Assembly (NCBI GenBank): GCA_964187785.1
Contig: OZ076414.1
Location: forward strand, 27,838,001 to 27,902,000
Length of the DNA stretch: 64,000 bases
Reading direction: 5' to 3'
DNA from: Amphiscolops sp. MND2022
Lineage: Eukaryota
Below are positions 24,261 through 37,380 of the stretch, piece after piece (position 1 is the stretch's first letter; every line of letters starts with the position of its first letter). The notes beneath the pieces were generated by a model. That model made no database searches. It saw only the letters and a list, made by a program, of their open reading frames with translations, and was not told where the DNA came from. The translations under genes were made by a program, and so were the position numbers.

Positions 24261-25125
24261 ATTATTAGCAAATGTCAATCAACCAGTCTTATCAATTCAA
24301 ATCTTCGCAATCTCAGTTTTTTTAGTTTTTTTTAACACAGTGCGACCTTGAAAATATATGGGAATGAGCACCGACTCCTCGAATAAAGCAGAATTGCTTC
24401 CGTCTTTTTGAACTTGATTACTTTTTCAAACTAGAAGGTACTCAAGAAAATTTCACTTTCGTTTCTGGAAATTTTCTTCAAAATTTGTTTATTGTATTAA
24501 GAGCCCCTTTTTGAGTACTTTACTCATTTGCAATAATACAGAAGTGAAAATAACCCAAAGCATCTTGAGTTTTCTTAGTATATCGAGCTTCTTAGAAATT
24601 TTCTCTAGAACAGTTGTTCAGCTATTTTGTAAAACCCAGAGTCTTGAATGAAGCTTTACTGATTGAAGTTTGTTTACTAGCTTGTTCAAATTGGCGTCCA
24701 ACCAATCAAATTCCCTAGTCATACAAGATTGGATTAATTCGAAGGTCCTCCAAGAAATTTCTTCATGAACCTTTGAAAATCAAGCATTATCCCTCAAAAG
24801 ACCTTGGAAGGGCCTTCAAAGGTTTCCATTGACCTTCAAAGATCTTCAAAGATTTCTTTGGACCTTCAATGTTTTTCATTCAAATCGCATGATGTGTGCT
24901 GTAACAAAATATTTTTTTGATGACTCCGACGTGCAGACTTGTTCTTTGTGCTAGAATTTAACAGCTATGGCTATTTTCGTTCCCCCGTGATCTCCTCAAC
25001 CTGTACAAAAAGTATGGGGTCTGGTTTACACGTCTTTTTATAAGCTCAGTAAAAATACGATTCCGTACATATTATAATTGTTGATGCGTTTGCTTTATTC
25101 GTTCAATTCCGGAAATTATTTCTCC

Positions 25126-25639
25126 ATTTTTGGTCGGCGCTTTTCTTAAGAAAAGAGTCGACTATAGTCATGGCTTTTCGTCAGAGTCTTTATTCAATTA
25201 TTTTTGTCGATACACCCGAAGTGACGAAAATAGTTCTACCCAAAGTTCTACAAATTTTAGGAAGACGCAAAATTGTACTTGTTGGCCCAAGGAACTCAAC
25301 CAAAAAGATTTTCCTTTTTTTTCCGCGTAACATACAATACCGGGCGAGAACAAAGGGTCCCCCGCCTTCAGTTTTTTGCGGCATTGCGAGACTTTTTTCG
25401 GAAACAAAGATTCCCCAAAAGGTCCCCCTTTCAATTTTGTTTTGAGTTTTGCGACAAAATGGATGTTGAAAACCCCCAAAGGGCCCTCCCCTTCGTTTTT
25501 TTCGACATTGTGAGACTTATTTCTCAATTTTTTTCTCATAAAAGGATCCCCAACTCACCAATACTTTGACATATTGAAGTCTTTTTGCTATTTTTTGAAC
25601 CTCAGATATGGCGCCGACTTGGGCCAGTCCCGGCTTGTT
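25126..25639 (+). mobile_element. DINE-1/HINE-like non-autonomous repeat, member 1
   Basis: 5' GTCGGCGCTTTT...AAAAGAGTCGAC hairpin, internal AAGGGTCCCC subrepeats, 3' inverted GCGCCGACT (25611), GC-rich stem and CTTGTT end. Confidence 0.7.
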
Positions 25640-27919
25640 ACTGTATGATTGCGTTATCAAAACTTTACGACCTCTTCTAAGGAAAAACTTTTTTTGATTT
25701 TCTTTGAAATCTTTTTTTGACAAAGTCAATGCTAGCAGTACAAGAAAGAGCAAATTGATTAACTTATTTAACAAAATCCAGAGACAATATACCCTCTTAG
25801 CATCATTTGACCATACCTGGCGTACACTAATTTTCTTCGAACAATTAGTCATTTCCTGTTTTTTGCAACAAAAGCGTTTTAGGAAGTCGACATACGTCGA
25901 CATTTCGTCAAAATTCGTCATCTCCTTATTGTTAACTTGATATTAGTCATCAACCGTGCTCATATCATTTCGTTGCGGCGCCATTACATTTCCTCAAAGT
26001 TGGGAATGGGATTTGACTTCGTCTCAGCACACCGGAAGTACTTCTCGTCTTTTCATCGAGTTTCCCCGAGCTTTGCTTGAAAAAGAGGGAAATTGGACGC
26101 GGAGCTAACGCTGGTGTGAACAACAAATACCTGATTTTGACATTCAACTGGGGAAAATAATGACTAACTCCAGAAAAATGTACAGTTGTTTGATGCTAGA
26201 AAAGCGAAAATCCATCTTGACTGTCAAGCGTTAAGTATTGAATTCAGTTAGGTTTGCAGCCATTACCGTGTTATTTAACAAATTATCTATGATAAAAGGT
26301 AACAGGGCAAGAACGGCAATTATCAAAGAAAAGCGTCAGTGAACGACATGTTAACATTCATCAACAACTATTGTACACCTGTTGAAACCAAGTCAAAGAT
26401 TGCGTAAATATTGCGAGCGAACTTTGAACAAAATAATTAGCAACGTCTATCAGAAAAAATATCGAGACAAAACATTAACATGCAAATGTATCAATCGTCA
26501 TTAAATGTCAATGTTTTTTCGACGTATAATATATGAAAATGTTAAATTAGTAACAAACAGGTCAAAGTGGATGTTTTTAACTCAATCGTAATCTAGGGCT
26601 TTTCTTTCAAATTCCCAAAGGCACTTTAGCAATATTTCTCCCGACAAAAACAGTCCTAAATCCGTATTCCTTACGGTTCTAACCTTGGTCGACGTAAACG
26701 TGACGTAGAAAAGCAGCACTTACTTGACGCAAATTCAAGAAAAGTTTTATCTGGTAAAATTCTACTAAAAGAGCCTCATTTTAGACTTTAATTTTGACTA
26801 GAATGCGTAATTTCATAATTTTGCGACGCAGTGTTGACGTAAATTCTGATGCCTGGTCCAACTAGCCGCCTTGGTTGACGTAATCAGGGCTGAACTCAAA
26901 CTAGCTGACATAGCTGTGACGTAGTGTTGCGTAAATTTCGTATCCTCTAACTATGCTTCGACGGGGTTGTGAGGTCACGACTTTATTCTCTGAATCTGTC
27001 TAGCTACATTGCTGTGACGTCACGCGTATAAAAGTTATAGCCGCGTTGCTATATTTGTTTTTTAACAACATAACAACGTTCTAAAACTCAAAAATTGCTT
27101 TTCAAAGCTGCAATGAAGCTCTCTTCAGCATCACTCAGAAGAACAAAGAAATCCAAAAAAAGTCACTAGAGACGACTCAACCTATTTTGACATTCAGTGA
27201 CTTTACTTCAAAACACCAAGATCCAAAAAATTCCTTGGCAAATATTCCTGTGAATTCCGATTTTTGCTTTCGAGACCTTTTTATACCACTACAGTTCCTT
27301 TTAAAGAATAAATTGATTTGGTAACCGTAAAAATATTGAAGTTTTGGATTGTTACAGTGCGTATTCTAGTACTGGCACGTTTATATTTTCAAGATTGGAG
27401 TTTCCAGGTACTTTACTATCAAGCCAAAACTTTCCTACTTTTTGCCCCAATAAGAACCATTCTTCGTCAAACTTCAGTTGAAAAAAAATTTAATATTTCA
27501 TGTCAAAATGTTTAGGAAAACTACTTTTTCCAAAGAAATACTAAGGGAGACTACTGAGCTTCAGTCGTACTAATGGATACAACGGAACAAATAGCAAAGC
27601 AAAATGAAACCTTTAATAAGAAATATCTGACTGAACAATTTTTTCTTATTCAAATGTTTTCCTTTCATTCTCGAAGACATTCTATTGGAAATTTCCTTTT
27701 TTGTTAAAAGGTGTGCAGAAATTACACGTGGAGGAACGTGGAATTTAGTCTAGCAGGTAACATAGTAAGTTAGGTTTCAAAACTTACAGGTTGTCCCAAA
27801 AAGTGAAATGAAAAGAAACGTTTACTATAACCAAACAAATTGAAAAAGAACGTTGAACCAATAAACAATTGTGAACAACTGCGTTCCATTACTCATCATT
27901 CCTATCATTTTGACATCAA

Positions 27920-28125
27920 TTGTAACTACATGAAAACTAAGTTTACAGTTTTTGAGAAAAGATCAACTAAACATTCAAACATAGTAATTGGCGACCTTGA
28001 AATTTCCTCTTGTGAAAAAGACAAATACCTGGTCTTACATCTCGACAAAACACTCAATTTTGTGACACAGATCGAAAAACTTGTCTCTAAGCTAGCGCAA
28101 CATTGCGGCACACTGTACGGCAAAC
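27920..28125 (+). mobile_element. Non-LTR retrotransposon (CR1/L2-type) RT C-terminal fragment
   Basis: NYMKTKFTVF...IGDLEISSCEKDKYLVLHLDKTLNF...KLAQHCGTLY matches the LINE RT LNxxKTxxMxF / KYLGxxLD / L.F..HI pattern. Confidence 0.75.
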
Positions 28126-30145
28126 TTTATTGGAGTTGAATTACTATTCGGAAGAACAGAGTTGTCTACGTTTTGAACAGCGTTAGTTTTTCGTACTGCT
28201 GGAGTTATCAGTTCTAACATTTGTTTCTGATTTTCGGCTAATATTTTAGTGAAATCAGCCATTATTTATCTTCTTAAGCACGTTTGTATCTCGTCGAGAG
28301 TTTCAGTTTGAACCGTAGGAGATTTACTCGTGCTAGCTACGCAATTCTCTACCGGATGAGTCTCAGTAGAGTGCGTCTCAAGCTCTCCTGATGCCACTTC
28401 GGTTGCAGCTTTCCCTTTCTGGGCTTCTTGTAGTCATTTTTCACAGATGAAAATTAGAATCTTCGGAAACATTTGAATTCTTCAAAGAAAATTTTACGTT
28501 GTGACAACGGGAGCTTAGTTTACGAACAACAAAGGATTAACTGAACTTTTACATTTTTTCTAGATATATATAGTTTCCTAGCATCACTTGTTCCTCACCT
28601 AAAAATTCCTAGGTATCACAAAAATCGGGTTTGTTCTCAAAAAGTCCATAATGATTCAAATTGTTTCAGTCAGTCCCGCATCATAAAATCAGGTATCAAA
28701 ATTCCTAGTTGCGTCGTTATTCCGCAATACTTGCTAAAATCATTTTTGTTTAGGCAATTTCCTTTCCTGTCTAAGCCTCAAAACTGCGGCAAAATAAAAG
28801 TCTAGCAAACATTTTTCATTGGAGAAGGTACGTTGGCGTGATCAATCAGTCAATTCCTAACTCGGAAGTTAAGATTCGAAGCAAAAGTATGACGCGCAAA
28901 AAATTTTGACGTAGTAAGGACGGAATATGGATATTTTGAAAGTGAATGTTCTTAAGTATTGGTAAAGGGAACTAATGATGCTGAAACAACGTACACTGGT
29001 TACTGATGAATGCCTTACATTTACCGGTAAAATTAAATGTACAGTACATGATTGTCATGTCTATAACACAAATTCCAAATTAACGGAAGCCTTTCGGCCA
29101 ACAAAAACTGCTACATATCAAACAGCAAGCAATATTTTACATATAAACTATGCACTTCGTCAAAACAGAGGTTGGTAAGGAAACACCTTGAGGAACACTC
29201 TTTCAACAAAAGGATTAGCAGAGATAGGTTATATGTAATATTTGCGCCTTAAAGGTAACTTACAACGTGATTTACACATTGCAAGTACACTATCGATTTA
29301 AACATTCATTATCCGCAACATGATTTTCTACTTCTCCCTTACAGTACCGTTTTGTAATTTTAGATCGTATTCTCAAAGTACGCTGTTTTCTTGTGAAACT
29401 ATCTTTGGAATTAGCATCGGACTTCTTTTCACGTTCATCATTTTACAACCCGTACTGTGAGCGCTCCGTACGTATTAAGATTAAGTAGAACCTTACAATT
29501 TTACAAATTGCTCCGTAAGCTCTCCGTACGTATTAAGATTAGGTATAGCTGAATGAAGGCTGACATAGATATAGCGGATTCATTCTCTTTCTCTCAGATG
29601 AGCGGCGCCATACGTAAAGGTGACGTTCTTATTGGACTGAGCTCAAATAACTTGGCTAAGGGACGACGCTATTGGTCCGTACAATTGAAATACCGGTTAC
29701 TGGTTTATTTGAGCGACGCAGTCATAACGTTGTAAATATTTGCTTAATCTACTTCATTGTGATTTAAATGAATTCTAACAACTATTTTTGGTACTGAAAA
29801 ACACTGCACTATCCTAATTTGTATATCCTTTTTATTTTAGATTTTATGGTTTCCGTTGGGATTACGAATTATATATCAGTTTCAATGTTTCTTTTCAGGT
29901 TGTCAAAGATGAAATGATCGGTTTTCAAAACTTTGTTCATGTTTTGTTATCTAGATCAGTATGAGATATCAGAAGACAAAATCGGAAATGAAATATTCAC
30001 GCGTGAAACGGCCAGGTCGGAAATTTTAGTTGGTTTAAATTCGTTTCCCGAGGATATTCCGTAACATGTACGTTTAAACTTGTAGTTCAGAAATTTGTTC
30101 GCTCATCAAACACACAACTGTACTGTGAGTAGAATTAGTTACCAA

Positions 30146-31357
30146 CACGGATGAGCATAAATATGCGCTTGAAGCAAAACTTTGAAAAGGCTAAAACAAG
30201 AAGCTGAAAAACTAAACTTTTCACGCCACCATGAAAGTTTTGAATTCAATTCAAAAACTTTATCACGTTTTAAAGTTGCAGTCACAAAAAATGGTCAGTT
30301 TTTCGTGTTAAAAAAGAAGCGAAATGATCAAGCAAACAAGTTTTGTGCAACTTTTGACCACGTTTCTGCAAAATACGGAACAGTTAAGAACACTTGGCAA
30401 CGCTATTTATCTACCGGATCAGTTCGAGATATTCACAGACCGGGACGACCAAAGGTTTTCTCAGTGCGAAGCGAAAGACGAATTGTTAGAAAACATAAAG
30501 AAAACCCATTTTTGACAGCGATTGAGTCCGGCGACCAATGGGCCGTTAGCAGGTTTACTGTTGGCAAAATACTCAAAAAGTATGGTCTGCAATGCAGAAA
30601 ACCCCACAAAGTGCCAGTAATTTTTCAACAGAACAAAAATATGCGACGCATTTTTGCAGACAAAACTAGAAGCTGGAATCAACAATGGAAACAAGTATTA
30701 TGGTCAGATGAGAGTACGTTTTGCTTGCACCAGCATGATGGTCGGATCAAAATCTATCGTCAACCAAAACCCGATATGCAAAAAAGAAATCAACTGCAGT
30801 TTGATCGCTGGAAAATCGGAGGAATATTGGTTTGGGTCGGAATTTCTTACAACTGTCATACCAATTTAGTTTTTATAGAAGGTCCAATAACCGCTCAAAG
30901 ATACATTGACGAAGTCCTAGTACGCGAAGTAGTCCCGTTCTTGCAATCCTACCCAGAAGTTTGGATCTTCCAACAGGATAATGCGTCTCCGCATTCTGCT
31001 GAGATCACCAACCAATTCTTGGCACAAAACGATATACGCACCCTTCCCTGGACACCAACTTCGCCTGATTTGTCGCCCATTGAGCATGTATGGGATCAAC
31101 TTAAACAGTTCTTGCGAAAAACGGAACCCTTGCCCAGAAGTACAACCGAGCTTAAAGACGTGCTAAACTATCTTTGGCTAATCTACCCACAAAGTTCAAT
31201 AAGAAAGCTTATTGATTCCATGCCAAGACGAATTATGCTATGTATCCGAAAAAGAGGTGGACCGACCAGCTATTAGACTCAGTCTTCGACATTGTTGTGT
31301 TTTATTACACTTAAATCTGTTATTTGATATTCAAGCGCATATTTTTGCTCAGCAGTA
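30146..31357 (+). mobile_element. Tc1 (DD34E) DNA transposon, copy 1
   Basis: 28-bp imperfect TIRs CACGGATGAGCATAAATATGCGCTTGAA (30146-30173) and TTCAAGCGCATATTTTTGCTCAGCAGTA (31330-31357, followed by TA) flank the transposase. Confidence 0.9.
30182..31276 (+). pseudogene. Tc1 transposase (DD34E), open frame but lacking an in-frame N-terminal ATG
   Basis: GRPK linker, WSDES, QQDNASPH, SPDLSPIEHVW (34 residues between D and E), RGGPTSY end. First in-frame ATG is at 30641, downstream of the HTH; upstream ATGs at 30291 and 30324 are out of frame. Confidence 0.85.
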
Positions 31358-32136
31358 TAGTTTTGTTAGTTTAAAGTTTGTTTTAAAATACTTAATGGAT
31401 CCATGTCGTCTGCCCTGGGCGAATGCTGGGATACCGAAACAGCAAGCGAAATTGCGACCGGGAGCGGGTCGCATCACTTTTCAGGGTTCGTTTGAAGAAT
31501 AACAAACGAAGCGAAATTTTTGTGCGCAAAATGTGCTCTCAGAGTCATCCCAATTCAAAAACTCTCAAAAATCTAAAAAGTGCTCAAGATAAAACAAAGC
31601 AGCGTGTCAAGAATGTTGCGATGAAAAAATGCAGTTATAAAGCTGAAGAAGTGAGCAGTCGTTTTAGAAAAACTCATGTTCACTGAACCATAGTACATGC
31701 ATTTTTCGCCTTTGAAGTTGCATATCAGTCAGTTTTCGGGTTCGATAGAAAGTTTAGGTTTAAGTTTTGACTTGTCATTGACGTTTCAATCACGTTTTTC
31801 GAACAACATATCAATTAGCAGATCTTCGTTTTTCTTTGCGAAACCAAAGAAATTTTTGAAAATGCACCCCCTGAAACTAATAGCATGAAGTTTTCCGATG
31901 AAAGTTACATCTACTTTCTCTTTCAAAAAGCAATTGGTAAGCTGAATTTTTTTCTTCTTCAAACTAATTAGTCAGAGTAAGAAGCTGTAACGAGTCGATC
32001 CGCTGTTTTGAACAACCTATCCCCTGTTTTTAACGTTGTTTGAGCGTGGATTTCTAAATGGAGTCTATCCATTTCAATGGATGTATCGTTAACGTTTCCA
32101 ACAGGATTTACGAGAGGTCCTTTTTCTCCACCTTAA

Positions 32137-33292
32137 CCCGGGTTGGAAATCAACCGCAGTCCACCGGTGGTCGGAGGTGTTCCACCGAAGCCCCACCGGT
32201 GGACCACTGCGGTGGCATCCGCAGATTTTGCGGTGGCCACCGGTGGACCACCGGTGGACCCCCGGTGGAGGTACTCACAGTCCCACCGGTGGCCCACCGA
32301 AGATTCCACCGGTGGTCACCGTAGTTCCACCGGTGGTCACCGATTGTTCTACCGAAGGTACAAGGATGATGCAGGTCCAGTAAAAATCGGCAGAAGTTTA
32401 ACAGAATTATAGAGCAAAAATTAACGAATTATCAGCCAAAAACACCTTAAAAGAGCGCAAATTTTGTGGAAATCATAGGATTCAAATCTATTAGTGAATA
32501 CAATTCATATCACTATATTTGGATACACTAAAATCAATGAATTATGAAAATAATACTCCTATAAAATCTAGTTTTTGGGTGGAAAAATTAACGAAATATC
32601 ATCTAAAAATGGCATCAAAAAAGCCTAAAAAGAGCGCAAATTTTGCGAAAACCATGGGATTCAAAGCTACTCATGAATACAATTGAGATCTATATTTCGA
32701 TACACTAAAATCAATGAATTATGAAAGTAATACTCCTATAAAATCTAGTTTTCGGGTGGAAAAATTAACGAAATATCACCCCTGAAAAGGCAACAAAAAA
32801 GCCTAAAAAGAGCGCAATTTTTGCGAAAACCATGGGATTCAAATCTACTCTTGAGTACAATTGAGATCTATATTTGGATACACCAAAATCAATAAATTAT
32901 CAAAATAATTTGACTACAAAATCTAGTTTTCGGGTGGAAAAATTAACAAAAATACCCCCAAAAATGGTGAAAATCCTACCTATCTTGCGGCTGCAGGATA
33001 CGCGGTGCCGAAAAGCGCCCTTAATGCTACCCGGGCCATTAAGGTAAACCTCAGAAATCAATAAGTAACAATATAACAGTAAAAACATGCATGAAACCCA
33101 AAAGAGAATGACAGTCAAAATTTGACGCGCCGAAATTTGAATTAATAATTTGAATTCGAATTTTTCAAAAAAAAAGTTTCACCGGTGGCCACCGGTGGAA
33201 TTACGGATCGAAACTTATGAACGTCTTCCACCGGTGGCCACCGGTGATACACCGGTGGTCACCGGTGGGTTGCGGTGGGTTTCCAGTACGGG
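32137..33292. mobile_element. Non-autonomous DNA transposon with CCACCGGTGG subterminal arrays and internal ~177-bp repeats, copy 1
   Basis: Imperfect TIR CCCG(GGT/TAC)TGGAAA..ACCGCA..CCACCGGTG; TAA on both flanks (32134-36, 33293-95); palindromic decamer clusters at both ends. Confidence 0.8.
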
Positions 33293-34182
33293 TAAGTACA
33301 TCGAGTATCTCCCTTTGGAATCGAATTGAAAGTTTTCGGATCTCTGAAGTTATAATCTCTTCTTTCAAAGATGCTCTGTGTCCTCGCTATTTGCGACACT
33401 TGGTTATCTATAATTCAGCGGGGTAATGGCGATTTCGTACTTGAAAAAATTTTAACTTCTACGGGAATATCTGCAGTGGGACAAATAGTTTTCTTTTCCT
33501 GGACAGCTTTCCATTTCTGACAACTGGTTTTGGGGAAATGAATATCAGATAGTTCGGATTGTCCAATGGTATTACGTCACAATTCACATATTTCTTCAAT
33601 TGGAAGAAACTGACTAATATCATTATGATGAATGTTGGTAATCAAATGTAAACAATTACATTTGACATTAATTTTTCTTCTGTGGATTCTACCTAAGGGA
33701 CGACGCTATTGGTCCGTACAATTGAAATACCGGTTACTGGTTTATTTGAGCGATGCAGTCATAACGTTGTAATTATTTGCCTAATCTGCTTCATTGTGAT
33801 TTAAGTGAATTCTAACAACTATTTTTGCTACTGAAAAACACTGCAATATCATAATTTGTATATCCTTTGTATTTTAGATTTTATGGTTTCCGTTGGGATT
33901 ACGAATTATATATCAGTTTCAATGTTTCTTTTCAGGTTGTCAAAGATGAAATGATCGGTTTTCAAAACTTTGTTCATGTTTTGTTATCTAGATCAGTATG
34001 AGATATCAGAAGACAAAATCGGAAATGAAATATTCACGCGTGAAACGGCCAGGTCGGAAATTTTAGTTGGTTTAAATTCGTTTCCCGAGGATATTCCGTA
34101 ACATGTACGTTTAAATTTGTAGTTCAGAAATTTGTTCGCTCATCAAACACACAACTGTACTGTGAGTAGAATTAGTTACTAA

Positions 34183-35393
34183 CACGGGTGAGCATAAATA
34201 TGCGCTTGAAGCAAAATTTTGAAAAGGCTAAAACAAAAAGCTGAAAAACTAAACTTTTCACGCCACCATGAAAGTTTTGAATTCAATTCAAAAACTTTAT
34301 CACGTTTTAAAGTTGCAGTCACAAAAAATGGTCAGTTTTTCGTGTTAAAAAAGAAGCGAAATGATCAAGCAAACAAGTTTTGTGCAACTTTTGACTACGT
34401 TTCTGCAAAATACGGAACAGTTAGGAACACTTGGCAACGCTATTTATCTACCGGATCAGTTCGAGATATTCACAGACCGGGACGACCAAAGGTTTTCTCA
34501 GTGCGAAGCGAAAGACGAATTGTTAGAAAACATAAAGAAAACCCATTTTTGACAGCGATTGAGTCCGGCGACCAATGGGCCGTTAGCAGGTTTACTGTTG
34601 GCAGAATACTCAAAAAGTATGGTCTGCAATGCAGAAAACCCCACAAAGTGCCAGTAATTTTTCAACAGAACAAAAATATGCGACGCATTTTTGCAGACAA
34701 AACTAGAAGCTGGAATCAACAATGGAAACAAGTATTATGGTCAGATGAGAGTACGTTTTGCTTGCACCAGCATGATGGTCGGATCAAAATCTATCGTCAA
34801 CCAAAACCGGATATGCAAAAAAGAAATCAACTGCAGTTTGATCGCTGGAAAATCGGAGGAATATTGGTTTGGGTCGGAATTTCTTACAACTGTCATACCA
34901 ATTTAGTTTTTATAGAAGGTCCAATAACCGCTCAACGATACATTGACGAAGTCCTAGTACGCGAAGTAGTCCCGTTCTTGCAATCCTACCCAGAAGTTTG
35001 GATCTTCCAACAGGATAATGCGTCTCCGCATTCTGCTGAGATCACCAACCAATTCTTGGCACAAGACTATATACGCACCCTTCCCTGGACACCAACTTCG
35101 CCTGATTTGTCGCCCATTGAGCATGTATGGGATCAACTTAAACAGTTCTTGCGAAAAACGGAACCCTTGCCCAGAAGTACAACCGAGCTTAAAGACGTGC
35201 TAAACTATCTTTGGCTAATCTACCCACAAAGTTCAATAAGAAAGCTTATTGAACCATGCCAAGACGAATTATGCTATGTATCCGAAAAAGAGGTGGACCG
35301 ACCAGCTATTAGACTCAGTCTTCGACATTGTTGTGTTTTATTACACTTAAATCTGTTAATTGATATTCAAGCGCATATTATTGCTCAGCAGTA
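34183..35393 (+). mobile_element. Tc1 (DD34E) DNA transposon, copy 2, with C-terminal frameshift
   Basis: Same TIRs offset by 4037 bp; ATTGATTCCATG became ATTGAACCATG (net -1), extending the ORF to 35538. Confidence 0.9.
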
Positions 35394-36172
35394 TAGTTTT
35401 GTTAGTTTAAAGTTAGTTTTAAAATACTTAATGGATCCATGTCGTCTGCCCTGGGCGAATGCTGGGATACCGAAACAGCAAGCCAAATTGCGACCGGGAG
35501 CGGGTCGCGACACTTTTCAGGGTTCGTTTGAAGAATAACAAACGAAGCGAAATTTTTGTGCGCAAAATGTGCTCTCAGAATCATCCCAATTCAAAAACTC
35601 TCAAAAATCTAAAAGGTGCTCAAGATAAAACAAAGCAGCGGGTCAAGAATGTTGCGATGAAAAAATGCAGCCATAAAGCTGAAGAAGTGAGCAGTCGTTT
35701 TAGAAAAACTCATGTTCACTAAACCATAGTACATGCATTTTTCGCCTTTGAAGTTGCATATCAGTCAGTTTTCGGGTTCAATAGAAAGTTTAGGTTTAAG
35801 TTTTGACTTGTCATTGACGTTTTAATCACGTTTTTCGAACAACATATCAATTAGCAGATCTTCGTTTTTCTTTGCGAAACCAAAGAAATTTTTGAAAATG
35901 CACCCCCTGAAACTAATAGCATGAAGTTTTCCGATGAAAGTTACATCTACTTTCTCTTTCAAAAAGCAATTGGTAAGCTGAATTTTTTTCTTCTTCAAAC
36001 TAATTAGTCAGAGTAAGAAGCTGTAACGAGTCGATCCGCTGTTTTGAACAACCTATCCCCTGTTTTTAACGTTGTTTGAGCGTGGATTTCTAAATGGAGT
36101 CTATCCATTTCAATGGATGTATCGTTAACGTTTCTAACAGGATTTACGAGAGGTCCTTTTTCTCCACCTTTG

Positions 36173-37380
36173 CCCGGGTTGGAAATCAACCGCAGTCCAC
36201 CGGTGGTCGGAGGTGTTCCACCGAAGCCCCACCGGTGGACCACTGCGGTGGCATCCGCAGATTTTGCGGTGGCCACCGGTGGACCACCGGCGGAGGTACT
36301 CACAGTCCCATCGGTGGCCCACCGAAGATTCCACCGGTGGTCACCGTAGTTCCACCGGTGGTCACCGTAGTTCCACCGGTGGTCACCGTAGTTCCACCGG
36401 TGGTCACCGATTGTTCTACCGATGGTACAAGGATGATGCAGGTCCAGTAAAAATCGGCAGAAGTTTAACAGAATTATAGAGCAAAAATTAACGAATTATC
36501 AGCCAAAAACACCTTAAAAGAGCGCAAATTTTGTGGAAATCATAGGATTCAAATCTATTAGTGATTACAATTCATATCACTATATTTGGATTCACTAAAA
36601 TCAATGAATTATGAAAATAATACTCCTTTAAAATCTAGTTTTTGGGTGGAAAAATTAACGAAATATCATCTAAAAATGGCATCAAAAAAGCCTAAAAAGA
36701 GCGCAAATTTTGCGAAAACCATGGGATTCAAAGCTACTCATGAATACAATTGAGATCTATATTTCGATACACTAAAATCAATGAATTATGAAAGTAATAC
36801 TCCTATAAAATCTAGTTTTCGGGTGGAAAAATTAACGAAATATCACCCCTGAAAAGGCAACAAAAAAGCCTAAAAAGAGCGCAAATTTTGCGAAAACCAT
36901 GGGATTCAAATCTACTCTTGAGTACAATTGAGATCTATATTTGGATACACCAAAATCAATAAATTATCAAAATAATTTGACTACAAAATCTAGTTTTCGG
37001 GTGGAAAAATTAACAAAAATACCCCCAAAAATGGTGAAAATCCTACCTATCTTGCGGCTGCAGGATACGCGGTGCCGAAAAGCGCCCTTAATGCTACCCG
37101 GGCCATTAAGGTAAACCTCAGAAATCAATAAGTAACAATATAACAGTAAAAACATGCATGAAACCCAAAAGAGAATGACAGTCAAAATTTGACGCGCCGA
37201 AATTTGAATTAATAATTTGAATTCGAATTTTTCAAAAAAAAAGTTTCACCGGTGGCCACCGATGGATCACCGGTGGCCACCGGTGGAATTACGGATCGAA
37301 ACTTATGAACGTCTTCCACCGGTGGCCACCGGTGATACACCGGTGGTCACCGGTGGGTTGCGGTGGGTTTCCAGTACGGG
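36173..37380. mobile_element. CCACCGGTGG-array element, copy 2
   Basis: Same termini as 32137-33292; extra 21-bp subrepeats (GTAGTTCCACCGGTGGTCACC in three copies) make it 52 bp longer. Confidence 0.8.

Noticed and set aside
28975-29178. Possible continuation of the LINE ORF2 C-terminus (HVYNT...)
   Set aside because: Only a 4-5 residue resemblance.
29464-29541. 20-bp direct repeats CTCCGTACGTATTAAGATTA with a 38-bp spacer, superficially CRISPR-like
   Set aside because: Only two copies, eukaryotic context, no cas genes.
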